Assembly (NCBI GenBank): GCA_963816145.1 | Contig: CAWFJP010000031.1 | Location: 448,001-512,000, forward strand | Length of the DNA: 64,000 bases | Direction of reading: 5' to 3' | Source: an uncultured delta proteobacterium | Lineage (GTDB): Bacteria; Desulfobacterota; Binatia; UBA9968 | Part shown: piece by piece, positions 19,579-29,569 of the stretch | Layout: each line of letters begins with the position of its first letter | Position numbering within the stretch: the first letter of the stretch is position 1 | Program-made: the position numbers and the translations under genes | The notes under the pieces: model-generated | Told to the model about the DNA's origin: nothing | Database searches by the model: none | What the model saw: the letters and a program-made list of their open reading frames with translations, nothing else

Positions 19579-21111
19579 TTATCCCCTGATCCTCATCTCC
19601 GCCGCCAGGATGCGGTTGTCGGGCGTGCCTTTCCAAATCACGTTGCGCGCCACGCCGTAGATTTCCGAGAGCGTATAGAGCGGCACGAAGGGGGCGTCGT
19701 CCATGAGCAGGCGCCCGGCTTGCTGCAAGATGGTCACGCGTTTTTTCTGATCGGCGGTGCGCTGCTGCTCTTCGATGAGTTTGTCGACCTCCGGGTTGCT
19801 GTAGCCAATGCGTTTGGTGATGCCGGTGTGAAAGTATTGATCGTAGAACGTGTCGGCGTCGGCCGCGGTGCGGCCGGCATAGTAAAACGGCAGCTTGCCG
19901 CCGTTGACACCGTCTTTGCCCCAATACACGGCGTACTCCTGGCCGACCAATTCGATCTTGATGCCGACTTTGGCCAACTGAGCGCCGATCACCTCGCACA
20001 CTTCCCGGCCCTTGAGGTGTCGGTCGGGTGAAAAATAAAGCTTGGTTTCGAAGCCATTTGGATAGCCTGCTTTGGCGAGCAGGTCGCGGGCTTTTTTCGG
20101 ATCGAAGGCATAGCGTTTCATCGCCGGATCGAAGCCGGTCATGTTGGCCGCCAGCGGGCCGTTGAGCACTTCGCCGTTGCCGGAAAAGATATGTTTCATC
20201 ATCGCCGCCGGATCGATGGCGTGATTGATCGCTTGTCGCACGAGCTTGTTGTCGAAGGGTTTGAAGTTGACGTTCATCGCGACAAAATACATGCGAAAGC
20301 CGGGAACCTTTTCAACCCGGGCGCGCGGATGCTTGGCGACTCGATCGATTTCCTCGATGGGCAGATTGCTGACCACGTCGGCCTGGCCCGAAAGCAAACC
20401 GGCGACCCGCGCCGCTTCTTCTTTAACGCCTTTTAAAATGACTTCCTTGATCTCCGCCTTAGCGCCCCAGTAGTCGTCGTTGCGCGCCAGAACCAGATTG
20501 CCGCCGCGTTGCCAGCTGACAAACTTATAGGGACCGGTGCCAATGGCATAGTTGTCAGCCTGGTCGCCGTATTTCTCGGCGGCGGCCTTGCTGATGATGT
20601 AACGGGTATCCAGGCGGTCGAGCAGCAATGACAGCGGCTGCTTGGTGTTGAAGACGACGGTGAAGTCGTCGGGAGTTTCGACCTCCAGCTCCTGGATGTC
20701 ACCCCCCTGCAGGCTGCGCTTGTCGGTTTTCATGCGCTCGATCGAGTAGGCAATGTCTTTCGACGTCAGTGGCGCACCGTTGTGGAAACGAATGTTACGC
20801 CTGAGCTGAAAGATCCATCTTCGCCCCTGAAACTCCCACGAGTCGGCGAGCATGCCGACATATTTTTGTCGCGTGTAGTCCATGACGATCAATGGCTCGA
20901 TCAGGTGCAGCCAGATGCCGTTGATGCCGCCGCCGCTGTAACCGTAAGGATGGAGCGAGTCAAGACTGACGCCTTGATAGATCACGGCGCGGTCTTTCGA
21001 TGCAGCAAATGCGTTGTGCGCCAGTGCGGGTGCGACCAGTGCGCTGACGCCGAGCGTCGTCGTGTGTTGCAGAAATCGCCGGCGGCTAAGGCTCGTTTCA
21101 TAGCTAGCCAT
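19579..21111 (-). CDS. ABC peptide/nickel-type substrate-binding protein (family 5) with Tat signal
   Basis: SRRRFLQ twin-arginine signal; LADSWE, FHNG, GTGPYK, RQAINHAID motifs. Confidence 0.9.
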   Translation of the reverse strand: MASYETSLSRRRFLQHTTTLGVSALVAPALAHNAFAASKDRAVIYQGVSLDSLHPYGYSGGGINGIWLHLIEPLIVMDYTRQKYVGMLADSWEFQGRRWIFQLRRNIRFHNGAPLTSKDIAYSIERMKTDKRSLQGGDIQELEVETPDDFTVVFNTKQPLSLLLDRLDTRYIISKAAAEKYGDQADNYAIGTGPYKFVSWQRGGNLVLARNDDYWGAKAEIKEVILKGVKEEAARVAGLLSGQADVVSNLPIEEIDRVAKHPRARVEKVPGFRMYFVAMNVNFKPFDNKLVRQAINHAIDPAAMMKHIFSGNGEVLNGPLAANMTGFDPAMKRYAFDPKKARDLLAKAGYPNGFETKLYFSPDRHLKGREVCEVIGAQLAKVGIKIELVGQEYAVYWGKDGVNGGKLPFYYAGRTAADADTFYDQYFHTGITKRIGYSNPEVDKLIEEQQRTADQKKRVTILQQAGRLLMDDAPFVPLYTLSEIYGVARNVIWKGTPDNRILAAEMRIRG

Positions 21112-21145
21112 AGACCTCTCCTTTCGTGACTGGAATTCGGAATAT

Positions 21146-21222
21146 CTCGCGCAAAGTACGCCAAGGACGCAAAGCAAATCAATCAAATTATGAACTTGGC
21201 GAGCTTTGCGTGCTTGGCGCGA
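21146..21222. repeat. 9-mer inverted-repeat element (CGCAAAG/CTTTGCG)
   Basis: tctcgcgcaaagtacgccaaggacgcaaag..cttggcgagctttgcgtgcttggcgcgag. Confidence 0.7.
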
Positions 21223-21382
21223 GGAATATCCCATTTCGAGACAATTTGCTTATAGCATTGGCGAGATCCTGTGGCACAACTATTTTTAGGCTATCGGCTT
21301 GGTAAATCGCCGCCAGCTTGACACAATGGCGTGAGAGTTATTATGACCCAAGGGGCGCACTCGAGCTAAGCGAGGTGTGGAA

Positions 21383-22666
21383 ATGGATATCAAATCACTA
21401 GTCGATCCGGAAGGCGGTCTCATCGACCGGCGCATCTTCGCCGACCGGGAGATCTACGACTTGGAACGGGAGCGCATCTTCGCGCGCTGCTGGCTCTATC
21501 TGGGCCACGAGTGTGAGATTCCCAACCCCGGCGATTTTGTCACTCGCTATATGGGCGAGGATCCGGTGATCCTGGCGCGGGATTTAAACGGCCAGTTGCG
21601 CGCGCACTTGAACATGTGCCGCCATCGCGGCAATCGCGTCTGCCGCGCCGACCGCGGCAACACTAAATTGTTTCAATGCTCGTATCACGGCTGGTCGTAC
21701 ACCACCGACGGCAAACTCGCGTTGGTGCCAATGGTCGATGCCTTTGGCAATCTCGACCGCTCGCAGTGGGGTTTGGTTCCGGTAGCCCAAGTCGACAGTT
21801 ACAAGGGGCTCGTCTTCGCGACCTTCGACAAGGACGCGCCGCCATTGCGCGATTATCTCGGCGACATGGCCTGGTATTTGGATATTCTCCTCGATCGTCG
21901 GGAAGGGGGTACGGAAGTGAGCGGGCCGCAGCGCTGGGTCGTCGACGCCAACTGGAAGACCGCCGCAGAAAATTTCGGCGGCGACGGCTACCATATCGCT
22001 TCGACTCACGGGTCGGCGCGCGAGCTGGGCATCGATACCACCACCAACCAGACCCGACAATGGAACAAAGGCTGTCAGATCGCCTGCGGCAACGGCCATA
22101 TTCTGGTTTCCTGGCTGACCCCGCCGGACGGCGGACCTTGGTTTGCTCAACCGGACGACCAGCTGGTCGATTATATGAAAGAGCATGAAGTCGAAATCGA
22201 AAACCGCCTGGGAACCAAGCGGGCGCGGCAAATTTCGCCGTCGGCTGGAACGGTATTCCCTAATTTATCGGTGCACTGGCTGACCCGGACGATTCGCGTC
22301 TGGCAGCCGCGCGGGCCGGACAAGATGGAGATCTGGAGCTGGGCGATCGTCGACAAGGCCGCCTCGCCGAAAATCAAAGACGTCATGCGTTTCGTGTCGC
22401 AGTATCGCTTCAGTCCGTCGGGAGTCTTCGAACAAGACGACATGGACAACTGGATCCAAGTGACCGGCGCGGCAAGAAGTTTGATCGGCCGGCGATTTCC
22501 AGCCAATTATCAGATGAGCGGCAACGAGCCGCCGGTGGAATTAGATCTACCGGGACGCGTCAAAAGCCGCTTCAGTGACAACAATCAGCTGAGCCTGTAC
22601 CTGCACTGGGCGAAGATGCTGCAGGCGAATAATTGGCGCGAGCTCGCGAGCGGAACAAATGGATAG
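21383..22666 (+). CDS. aromatic ring-hydroxylating dioxygenase alpha subunit
   Basis: Rieske CRHRGN..CSYHGW; mononuclear iron site NWK..ENF..DGYH....H and EQDD. Confidence 0.95.
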   Translation: MDIKSLVDPEGGLIDRRIFADREIYDLERERIFARCWLYLGHECEIPNPGDFVTRYMGEDPVILARDLNGQLRAHLNMCRHRGNRVCRADRGNTKLFQCSYHGWSYTTDGKLALVPMVDAFGNLDRSQWGLVPVAQVDSYKGLVFATFDKDAPPLRDYLGDMAWYLDILLDRREGGTEVSGPQRWVVDANWKTAAENFGGDGYHIASTHGSARELGIDTTTNQTRQWNKGCQIACGNGHILVSWLTPPDGGPWFAQPDDQLVDYMKEHEVEIENRLGTKRARQISPSAGTVFPNLSVHWLTRTIRVWQPRGPDKMEIWSWAIVDKAASPKIKDVMRFVSQYRFSPSGVFEQDDMDNWIQVTGAARSLIGRRFPANYQMSGNEPPVELDLPGRVKSRFSDNNQLSLYLHWAKMLQANNWRELASGTNG

Positions 22667-23168
22667 CCAACTACGCCATCAGGTCGAAGACTTCTACTAT
22701 CTCGAAGCCGAGCTGCTCGACGAGCGCAAGCTGCGCGAGTGGTTCGAGCTATTGACCGAAGATATTCGCTACTGGATGCCGCTACGGCACAACCCGCTGG
22801 AGCGGCCCGAAAGCGTCAGCGAAGAACTGTCCCGACCCGGTGAAGCCTATTACTTCGACGACGATTGGAAAAGTTTGAAAATCCGCGTCGAGCGCGCTTA
22901 TTCGAAGATCGCCTGGGCGGAAGTGCCGCCGTCGCGCACGCGCCACTTGATTACCAACATTCGTATCAAAAAAGACGACGGCAGCGAAGTCGTAGCCCAC
23001 TCCAACTTTCTCGTCTACCGTACGCGCATGGAAAGCGACAAAGATATTTTTGTCGGGGCGCGCCAGGACATCCTGCGGCGCGAGGGTGAAAGCTTCAAGA
23101 TAGCCAGTCGGACGATCATCCTCGATCAGGCCGTGCTGGATGCGAAGAATATCAGTGTGTTTTTGTAA
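22659..23168 (+). CDS. aromatic ring-hydroxylating dioxygenase beta subunit
   Basis: FYYLEAELLD..YWMP..WAE.PPSRTRH..SNF..R.D.LR..IASR..LDQ; overlaps the alpha stop. Confidence 0.95.
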   Translation: MDSQLRHQVEDFYYLEAELLDERKLREWFELLTEDIRYWMPLRHNPLERPESVSEELSRPGEAYYFDDDWKSLKIRVERAYSKIAWAEVPPSRTRHLITNIRIKKDDGSEVVAHSNFLVYRTRMESDKDIFVGARQDILRREGESFKIASRTIILDQAVLDAKNISVFL

Positions 23169-23276
23169 CCTCGGGCGCGCGCGATTTAGCCGCGAGCTGA
23201 CCAAACGGAACAGCGGGAAGCGATCCTTCGACCAGTGCATCGATTCTTATTCGCTGCGGATCTGATTGACGGCTTG

Positions 23277-24062
23277 ATGAATTCCGAATTACTTCCAGGT
23301 CAAGATCGAGCCGGCGCGACAATCCGTTGCGCGGCGGTGTCGCGCAGTTTTACCGGCACAGGATTGGTGCTCGACAAGATTTCATTTCAAATTGAGCCCG
23401 GCGAATTCGTTGCCTTGCTCGGGCCGTCCGGTTCGGGCAAATCTTCGCTGCTGCGCCTCACCGCTGGGCTCGACCACCCCGATAGTGGGCAATTAGTGAT
23501 CGAAGCAGCAAACCGCATGTTGTCGCGAGGTTTTGTTTTTCAAGATGCGACGCTGATGCCTTGGCGCACCTTGCTCCGTAACACAACATTGCCGCTTGAA
23601 TTGGCCGGCTGGTCCAGGACGGACGCGGAAAGCCGCGCGACCGAAGAGCTGCGCCGGGTGCGCTTGGCCGAGTTTTGCGCGCGCTACCCGCATGAACTTT
23701 CCGGCGGCATGAAGATGCGCGCCTCGGTGGCGCGCGCCTTGACGACGCGGCCCAACTTGCTGCTGCTCGACGAACCCTTTGCCGCCCTCGATGAGCCGAC
23801 GCGGCATACTTTGCAAATTCAGCTGCGTGAAATTTGGCTGGCCCTTGGCATGACCGTATTGTTTGTTACCCATTCGGTCAACGAAGCGGTGTTTCTCGCC
23901 GACCGGATAATCGTCTTGTCGCACCGTCCGGCGCGGCTGCTTCTCGATCAAAAGGTTCTGTTGCCCGAGAAGCGTGAAGCCGAGCTGCGCACCTCCCCGG
24001 AGTACATCGACCAGGTCCGGTGCATTGCCGCCGCCATGCCGGTTAGCGGAGATGCCTCGTGA
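23277..24062 (+). CDS. ABC transporter ATP-binding protein (TauB/SsuB type)
   Basis: GPSGSGKS, LSGGMKMR, LLLDEPFAALD and FVTH motifs. Confidence 0.95.
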   Translation: MNSELLPGQDRAGATIRCAAVSRSFTGTGLVLDKISFQIEPGEFVALLGPSGSGKSSLLRLTAGLDHPDSGQLVIEAANRMLSRGFVFQDATLMPWRTLLRNTTLPLELAGWSRTDAESRATEELRRVRLAEFCARYPHELSGGMKMRASVARALTTRPNLLLLDEPFAALDEPTRHTLQIQLREIWLALGMTVLFVTHSVNEAVFLADRIIVLSHRPARLLLDQKVLLPEKREAELRTSPEYIDQVRCIAAAMPVSGDAS

Positions 24063-24829
24063 CGTTAAGATCTCGGCAGGCGTCCTGGTTGCCGCCCTTG
24101 CTGCCATTGGTTCTTTCCGTCGGCGCGGCGGAATTGGCCGTGCGCATGGCCTGGGTGCCATCGTATTTAATCCCGGCCCCCAGCGAAGTGTTGCAGTCGC
24201 TGCTCGATGATCGGGTAGAATTAACTCTGGCCGCTTGGTCGACGCTGAGCTCCGCTTTGGCGGGACTGCTCCTGAGTTTTGTCACGGGAACTCTTTTCGC
24301 CATCGCCCTGTCGTCCTCCGATTTGGCGCGCCGGGCGTTTTATCCGTACGCGGTGTTTTTTCAAACCGTGCCGATTATTTCGATCGCGCCGCTCTTAGTG
24401 ATCTGGTTCGGTTTTGGCCAGCCTACGGTGATTGCGTCGGCGGCGATCGTTTCGGTTTTTCCGATCATCGCCAGCACTCTGTTAGGACTGAAATCGACGG
24501 AACCGTCGCTGCTCGATCTTTTCAAACTGTATACGGCGTCGAACCGGCAAACTCTCTGGATGCTAAAAATTCCGTTTGCTCTGCCGCAAATTTTCTCCGG
24601 CTTGCGGATCGCGTCGGGGCTGGCGGTGGTGGGAGCCATCGTCGGTGAATTCATCGGCGGCGGCGGGTTAGGCAGCGTCGTCGATGCGGCACGCACGCAG
24701 CAAAGAATCGATCGAGTGTTTGCCGCGGTGCTGATCTCTTCGCTGCTCGGCATTGTTTTGGTCGGTACGGTTAATATAATCTCAGCGCTATCACTGGGCT
24801 CATGGCATAGCTCCGAAAGGAATTCTTAA
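24059..24829 (+). CDS. ABC transporter permease (SsuC type)
   Basis: Hydrophobic helices; QTVPIISIAPL, PFALPQIFSGLR, GAIVGEF. Confidence 0.95.
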   Translation: MTLRSRQASWLPPLLPLVLSVGAAELAVRMAWVPSYLIPAPSEVLQSLLDDRVELTLAAWSTLSSALAGLLLSFVTGTLFAIALSSSDLARRAFYPYAVFFQTVPIISIAPLLVIWFGFGQPTVIASAAIVSVFPIIASTLLGLKSTEPSLLDLFKLYTASNRQTLWMLKIPFALPQIFSGLRIASGLAVVGAIVGEFIGGGGLGSVVDAARTQQRIDRVFAAVLISSLLGIVLVGTVNIISALSLGSWHSSERNS

Positions 24830-25779
24830 TGAACGTCGTGCTGCTATTACTATCCTTGACTGTTTTTCCGCACGCGGCTCAAGCTGGAGAGGCTGTTAAA
24901 TTGACGGCTCTCAAATTCGCGCTCAACTGGAAGGCGGAGCCGGAGTTCGGCGGCTTTTATGCCGCTAAGCTCGCCGGTAGTTTCGAAAAACGCGGTCTTA
25001 ACGTCGAGATCGTCGAGGGCGGCGCCGGCACACCGGTGGTGCAGATGGTTGCCAATTCCAAGGTCCCGTTCGGCATCGCCGCTGCGGATGAAGTGGTGCT
25101 GTCGCAGGCGCGCGGCACCGACGTGGTCGCGCTGTTTGCCGTCTATCAAACCAATCCGCAGGGGGTTATGGTGCATCCGGAGCGCGGCTTCAAAGCGCTC
25201 GGCGATGTCTTTGCCGCACCGGGCACGTTAGCGATTCAGAGCGGCGCACCTTACACATTGTTTCTGCAAGCCAAATTCGCCAACGCCAAGGTTAAACTGG
25301 TGCCCTACGCCGGCGGGATCGCGCAATTTCTTACCGACGCCAATTATTCACAACAGTGCTTTGTCACCGCGGAACCTTTGCTCGCCAAGAAAAAGAACAA
25401 ACCGGCGGCGAGCTTTCTGATCGCCGATGCCGGGTTCAATCCTTACGGCACGGTAGTGATCGCCCGGCGCCAGTATATCGAGAAGAATCCAAAGCAAGTG
25501 CGCGACTTGATCGATGCGATACGCGATGGCTGGAGCGATTACCTGCGCGCGCCCGAGAGCGCTAATGGCTGGATGGTTAAATTGAACCCGGCGATGGATA
25601 GCGAGACCATGAAAGACTCGGCCGACGTGCAGAAACCGTTTATCCTCGCCGCCAATATGTCTAATAAAGAACTGGGGAAGATGAGCAGGGAGCGCTGGGC
25701 GACTTTGGTCGATCAACTCTCCGGTATGAAGCTGATCAAGAACAAGCCGGCGGCGGAACGGCTCTATCAGAATTTCTAG
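24829..25779 (+). CDS. ABC substrate-binding protein, NMT1/THI5-like
   Basis: LNWKAEPEFGGFYAA..GLNVEI; translationally coupled to the permease. Confidence 0.9.
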   Translation: MNVVLLLLSLTVFPHAAQAGEAVKLTALKFALNWKAEPEFGGFYAAKLAGSFEKRGLNVEIVEGGAGTPVVQMVANSKVPFGIAAADEVVLSQARGTDVVALFAVYQTNPQGVMVHPERGFKALGDVFAAPGTLAIQSGAPYTLFLQAKFANAKVKLVPYAGGIAQFLTDANYSQQCFVTAEPLLAKKKNKPAASFLIADAGFNPYGTVVIARRQYIEKNPKQVRDLIDAIRDGWSDYLRAPESANGWMVKLNPAMDSETMKDSADVQKPFILAANMSNKELGKMSRERWATLVDQLSGMKLIKNKPAAERLYQNF

Positions 25780-27042
25780 GCAATGGGCATTCAACCTTTG
25801 GTGCCGCTCGGCAAGCCGCCGACGAGGTTGCCTATGCGCCAGTAGAGTATTTTCACCGGCAGCATGAACAGGATCAGGGTCAAGTTCATCATGGAAAGCC
25901 GCGCCGTTAATTGGATGCACGATGACAGAGTAATGAATCGAGTCGATTGAAAGGAACAATATGATGTTTTCCTGTTCCTTGGCGTATTTCAAAACCGGGA
26001 AACTCATCACATAGTCTACCGATACGTCGAGCGGCTTGACGCCGGCGGCTTGGAGTTGTTTCATCTGGCGATTATATCGCGTTCCAGGGAACTTCTCGCT
26101 GTCCTGGCGATCGACGGTCCACTGAAACTCTTGTCCCGACTTGGTCATCAGGAACGCGCAAAATAATTTGGCTGCGGCTTTCGCCTTGCCGTTCTTGGGA
26201 ACGGCGCAGTAGCGATGAGTGACCATCGCCGCGTCGCTGGGTATCACATAAGCCAGCGGCGCGCCTTTTTCGATAAACGGCAGGACGCCGCCCTCGCCGC
26301 AGGCGAGCACATGGATGGGAAATTCGCCGCTGACGACGCGCTCGTACTCGCCGCAACGCATCAGGCCAGAGACCTGGCCGGATAGTTTTTTGACGTAGTC
26401 GGCGGTCCGTTCCGGCCCCCATTGTTTAGGTCCGGCCAGGATGTCGAAGTAAGAGAGGTAGGGTTGGGTCGAAACTTTGCCCTTGTACTTGGGCTGTAAC
26501 AGTTCACTCAAACTCTTCGGCACGTCGTTCTTGGCGATCAACTTGGTGTTGTAAACGATGCCGGGAAAACGGCCGCTGATCTCCAAGGCGGCGCCTTTGA
26601 GCGACACGGCGGCCGGATCGATCTGCGGAAAGGTCGAGGCCCAGTCGAACTGCTCGAGCACCATCAGCGGCGTCGAGAGTGTGGCGATATAGGTTTCCGA
26701 ACCGCCGATATAGACGTCGGAAGTCGCCGGCACACCGGCGGCGAACTCCTGGGCGATCTTCGCTGCCATTTGCGGCTGGCTCGGTCCGGGCGTCCAGTTG
26801 GCGATGATACTGGTGCCGAAGTGTTTGTTCATACCCGATACCAGATCACGCACACCTTGGAGGCCGCGAAATGTATTCTCGCCCCACACTAAATTGAGCA
26901 TTCCTTCGGTTTGAGCGGCTTTTTTCAGCGCGGCGAGTTTTTCGTTGGCACCCGATGCGGCTGCCGCCCAAGTTGAATCTGCGCCGCAAAGCAAAGGCGC
27001 GATCGTTAGAATGGTCGCAAGCAATGCCGAGATTAGCTTCAT
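25348..27042 (-). CDS. ABC extracellular solute-binding protein; homology ends ~25960 and the frame runs on antisense into the convergent gene
   Basis: Signal peptide; YNTKLI..PKS..LL.PKYKG; AAKLFCAFL..GQ; 432-bp antisense overlap with 24829-25779. Confidence 0.75.
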   Translation of the reverse strand: MKLISALLATILTIAPLLCGADSTWAAAASGANEKLAALKKAAQTEGMLNLVWGENTFRGLQGVRDLVSGMNKHFGTSIIANWTPGPSQPQMAAKIAQEFAAGVPATSDVYIGGSETYIATLSTPLMVLEQFDWASTFPQIDPAAVSLKGAALEISGRFPGIVYNTKLIAKNDVPKSLSELLQPKYKGKVSTQPYLSYFDILAGPKQWGPERTADYVKKLSGQVSGLMRCGEYERVVSGEFPIHVLACGEGGVLPFIEKGAPLAYVIPSDAAMVTHRYCAVPKNGKAKAAAKLFCAFLMTKSGQEFQWTVDRQDSEKFPGTRYNRQMKQLQAAGVKPLDVSVDYVMSFPVLKYAKEQENIILFLSIDSIHYSVIVHPINGAAFHDELDPDPVHAAGENTLLAHRQPRRRLAERHQRLNAHCLEILIEPFRRRLVLDQLHTGELIDQSRPALPAHLPQFFIRHIGGEDKRFLHVGRVFHGLAIHRRVQFNHPAISALGRAQVIAPAIAYRIDQVAHLLWILLDILAPGDHYRAVRIEPGIGDQKARRRFVLFLGEQRFRGDKALL

Positions 27043-27080
27043 GACTGGTGATCTCCAAGAAATAATTTGGCGGTTTAAAC

Positions 27081-27926
27081 TCATTCCGAGCCTTCGACTT
27101 GCAGCTGCAATGGGTTGCCGTCGTAGTCGGTGAAGTACAGTCCATGGGCCGTGGCGCTGCGCACCTGCGTCTGTTCCAACGCGTCGACTTTGCCGCCTTC
27201 GCGCGTCACCGCCCCGCGAAATTGCTTTAAGGTGTCCGCCGTCGGCGTGAAGAAAGCGTAGTGCTGTCCTTCGAAGCGGTAGTGGGCGCTGCTACGCTCG
27301 TTAAGCGCTTTGACTTTGTGGAGTACCAGCCACTGCCCGCTATGTAGCTGCAAACAAGAGGTCTCGTGGCCGAGTGTGTCTTGCTCACGGCCCAACACTT
27401 TCAAACCGAACACGTTGCGATAAAAAGCCTCGGATCGATCCAAGTCGGTGACTTCCAATTCTAACTGGCTCAAACCCAGATAGGCGGAGCCGTTGTTTGC
27501 GGCAGAACCGGCCTTCTCGATGAGTTCAAGATGATTGCCGAAGGGATCTTGCAACAGGATGGATTTTGCCCTGGGGCCGAGCCGTTCGCGTAAGCGCGGA
27601 CCGTCGAACTTCACCGTTGGCTTTTCTTCCAGCCGCTGCTGAATGCGCCTGAAACCCTCGCCGGTGACTTCGATGCCCACCACCGGCGCGCCGTGCAATT
27701 CTTTATCCTCGGGCAGCGGCTCGCGGCCGAGAAACAGACCGACGCGGCTTCCCGCCACATTTAAAAAAGTCCGGGGCAACGTGCCGGCGCGCACGTCGAC
27801 GACGCGAAGACCGCGCCGTTCGAAGATCGGCACTTCCAGCATGCCGGTGTAAAAGTCCTCGGCTTTGACGAGATCGTCAACCGGATAAGCGAAATGATCG
27901 AAGCGAATAGAGGCTTGGGTGTCCAT
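27081..27926 (-). CDS. two-domain VOC family protein
   Basis: HFAYPVDDL..FY, DPFGNHLEL, EVTDL..FY..VFGL and YFTDYDGNPLQL. Confidence 0.9.
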   Translation of the reverse strand: MDTQASIRFDHFAYPVDDLVKAEDFYTGMLEVPIFERRGLRVVDVRAGTLPRTFLNVAGSRVGLFLGREPLPEDKELHGAPVVGIEVTGEGFRRIQQRLEEKPTVKFDGPRLRERLGPRAKSILLQDPFGNHLELIEKAGSAANNGSAYLGLSQLELEVTDLDRSEAFYRNVFGLKVLGREQDTLGHETSCLQLHSGQWLVLHKVKALNERSSAHYRFEGQHYAFFTPTADTLKQFRGAVTREGGKVDALEQTQVRSATAHGLYFTDYDGNPLQLQVEGSE

Positions 27927-28164
27927 TGAAAGTCCTCCTCGAAAGCCTGGTAACGTCGGGCAGACTATTAGTACAAGGCGTGCCGGCGCATTGTCAACTT
28001 TAGCACTTGCCGTCTAACAACTTTATTGCTTAAGATCGCTGATCGTATTGTGAGGATAAATCAACGCAACGGTCCTGGAGCGTATTGAACCGCGTTTCTG
28101 AGCATTCATAGAAAACTGGTCATCGCACAACGATTATTTTGCGGCACTGAAAGGGGGAAAGACA

Positions 28165-28584
28165 ATGTCTATCGATGGTCTTCGTTTTGGCCATGTGGCC
28201 TTTAAAGTCGCGGATGTGGAGAAGAGCATTCGCTGGTACGGCGACGCCTTTGGCGCCAAGGTGATCTATCGCGTCGCGCCGAGCGGGGACCGGCCGGAGC
28301 TGATGTTCTTGGAGTTTGCCAAAGGCCAGTGTGTCGAGCTTTTCCCCGGTGGCAAGAATGTTCTAGCTTCGCCGCCGGATCCGATCGGCTATATACATTT
28401 CTGCCTGGTGCTCGACAATTTGGAGCAGGCACTGGAGCATCTGGCGAAGATGGGTGTCAAACCGGATCGCAAATTCATTGGCCGCGCCAAGCAGCGCATT
28501 GCGTTCGTCTCCGATCCCGATGGCAACAGCATCGAACTGATGGAAATTCCGCCGGAGTCGGAAATCTACCGGACCTACCCATGA
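28165..28584 (+). CDS. VOC family protein (lactoylglutathione lyase-like)
   Basis: HVAFKVAD, HFCL and FVSDPDGNSIELME. Confidence 0.9.
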   Translation: MSIDGLRFGHVAFKVADVEKSIRWYGDAFGAKVIYRVAPSGDRPELMFLEFAKGQCVELFPGGKNVLASPPDPIGYIHFCLVLDNLEQALEHLAKMGVKPDRKFIGRAKQRIAFVSDPDGNSIELMEIPPESEIYRTYP

Positions 28585-29561
28585 TGCGAAGGATTTACCG
28601 ATTCGGCGTGCTAATGGCGCTGCTGCTGGTTTGCATCGGTGAATCCCGAGCGCAGACCTCCGGCGCGCGCAAGGCACCCATTCGAATCATCTACAGCGCG
28701 CTTACGGCGTCCAACGGGCCGGTTTGGGTTGCGGCGGATCAGGGGCTTTTCGAGAAGTACGGTCTCGATGTCCAGATCGTCCATGGCCGCGGCGCATCGC
28801 CGATTCAAGCGCTGGCCGGCGGTACCGTCGAGTTGGGCCACTTTGCCGGTGCTTCAGTGGTCCAAGCTAATCTTAGCGGCAGCGATCTGGTTTTTGTCGC
28901 GGCGCAGACCAACTACGTCGTGCTATCGATTTGGACGCGCAAGGATTCACCGATTAGAACTCTCGCGGACTTGGCCGGCAAAAGCATCGGCGTGAGCGCG
29001 CCGGGCTCGGCGACACACACGACAACGCGCGCGGCTCTGCGCAGGGCCGGGGTGGCGGACAAGGATATGAAATTTGTCCACCATGGCGCGCTGCCGGAAA
29101 TCTTCGTTTCGTTGGACAAAGGTTTGGTCGATGCCGGCGTCGCTTCGGCGCCGCGGCCGGCTTTCCGTGAACTCGTCGATCTGGCGACACAACGGATTCC
29201 GTTTCTCCAAGGCGCGATCATTGTCAACCGCGGTTATTTGCAGCGCGAACGACCGGTGGTGGTGAATTTCTTGAAAGGGTTCGTTGAAGCGATGAAGCTA
29301 GTGCGGGAAAAGCCGGAGGTGGTGACCGCTTCGCTAGCGAAGCATCTGCGCATCCCGGCGGATATTGCGCGCGGCGCCTATCGGTCGTTTGTCAATGTCT
29401 GGGAGGAAGTGCCTTACGTCAGGGCGGAGTCGGTGCAGGCGATCTTGGATTTTCTGCCGAAGGAACAGGTTAAAGACATCACGCCGGAAAAGTATATCGA
29501 CAACAGTTTGATCAAAGAGTTGGAAGCTTCGGGTTTTGTCAAGAATCTCTCTCGCAGGTAA
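28581..29561 (+). CDS. ABC substrate-binding protein (SsuA/NMT1 type)
   Basis: ATGA overlap with the VOC gene; signal peptide; PVWVAADQGLFEKYG; KELEASGF. Confidence 0.9.
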   Translation: MMRRIYRFGVLMALLLVCIGESRAQTSGARKAPIRIIYSALTASNGPVWVAADQGLFEKYGLDVQIVHGRGASPIQALAGGTVELGHFAGASVVQANLSGSDLVFVAAQTNYVVLSIWTRKDSPIRTLADLAGKSIGVSAPGSATHTTTRAALRRAGVADKDMKFVHHGALPEIFVSLDKGLVDAGVASAPRPAFRELVDLATQRIPFLQGAIIVNRGYLQRERPVVVNFLKGFVEAMKLVREKPEVVTASLAKHLRIPADIARGAYRSFVNVWEEVPYVRAESVQAILDFLPKEQVKDITPEKYIDNSLIKELEASGFVKNLSRR

Positions 29562-29569
29562 TTCTTCGT

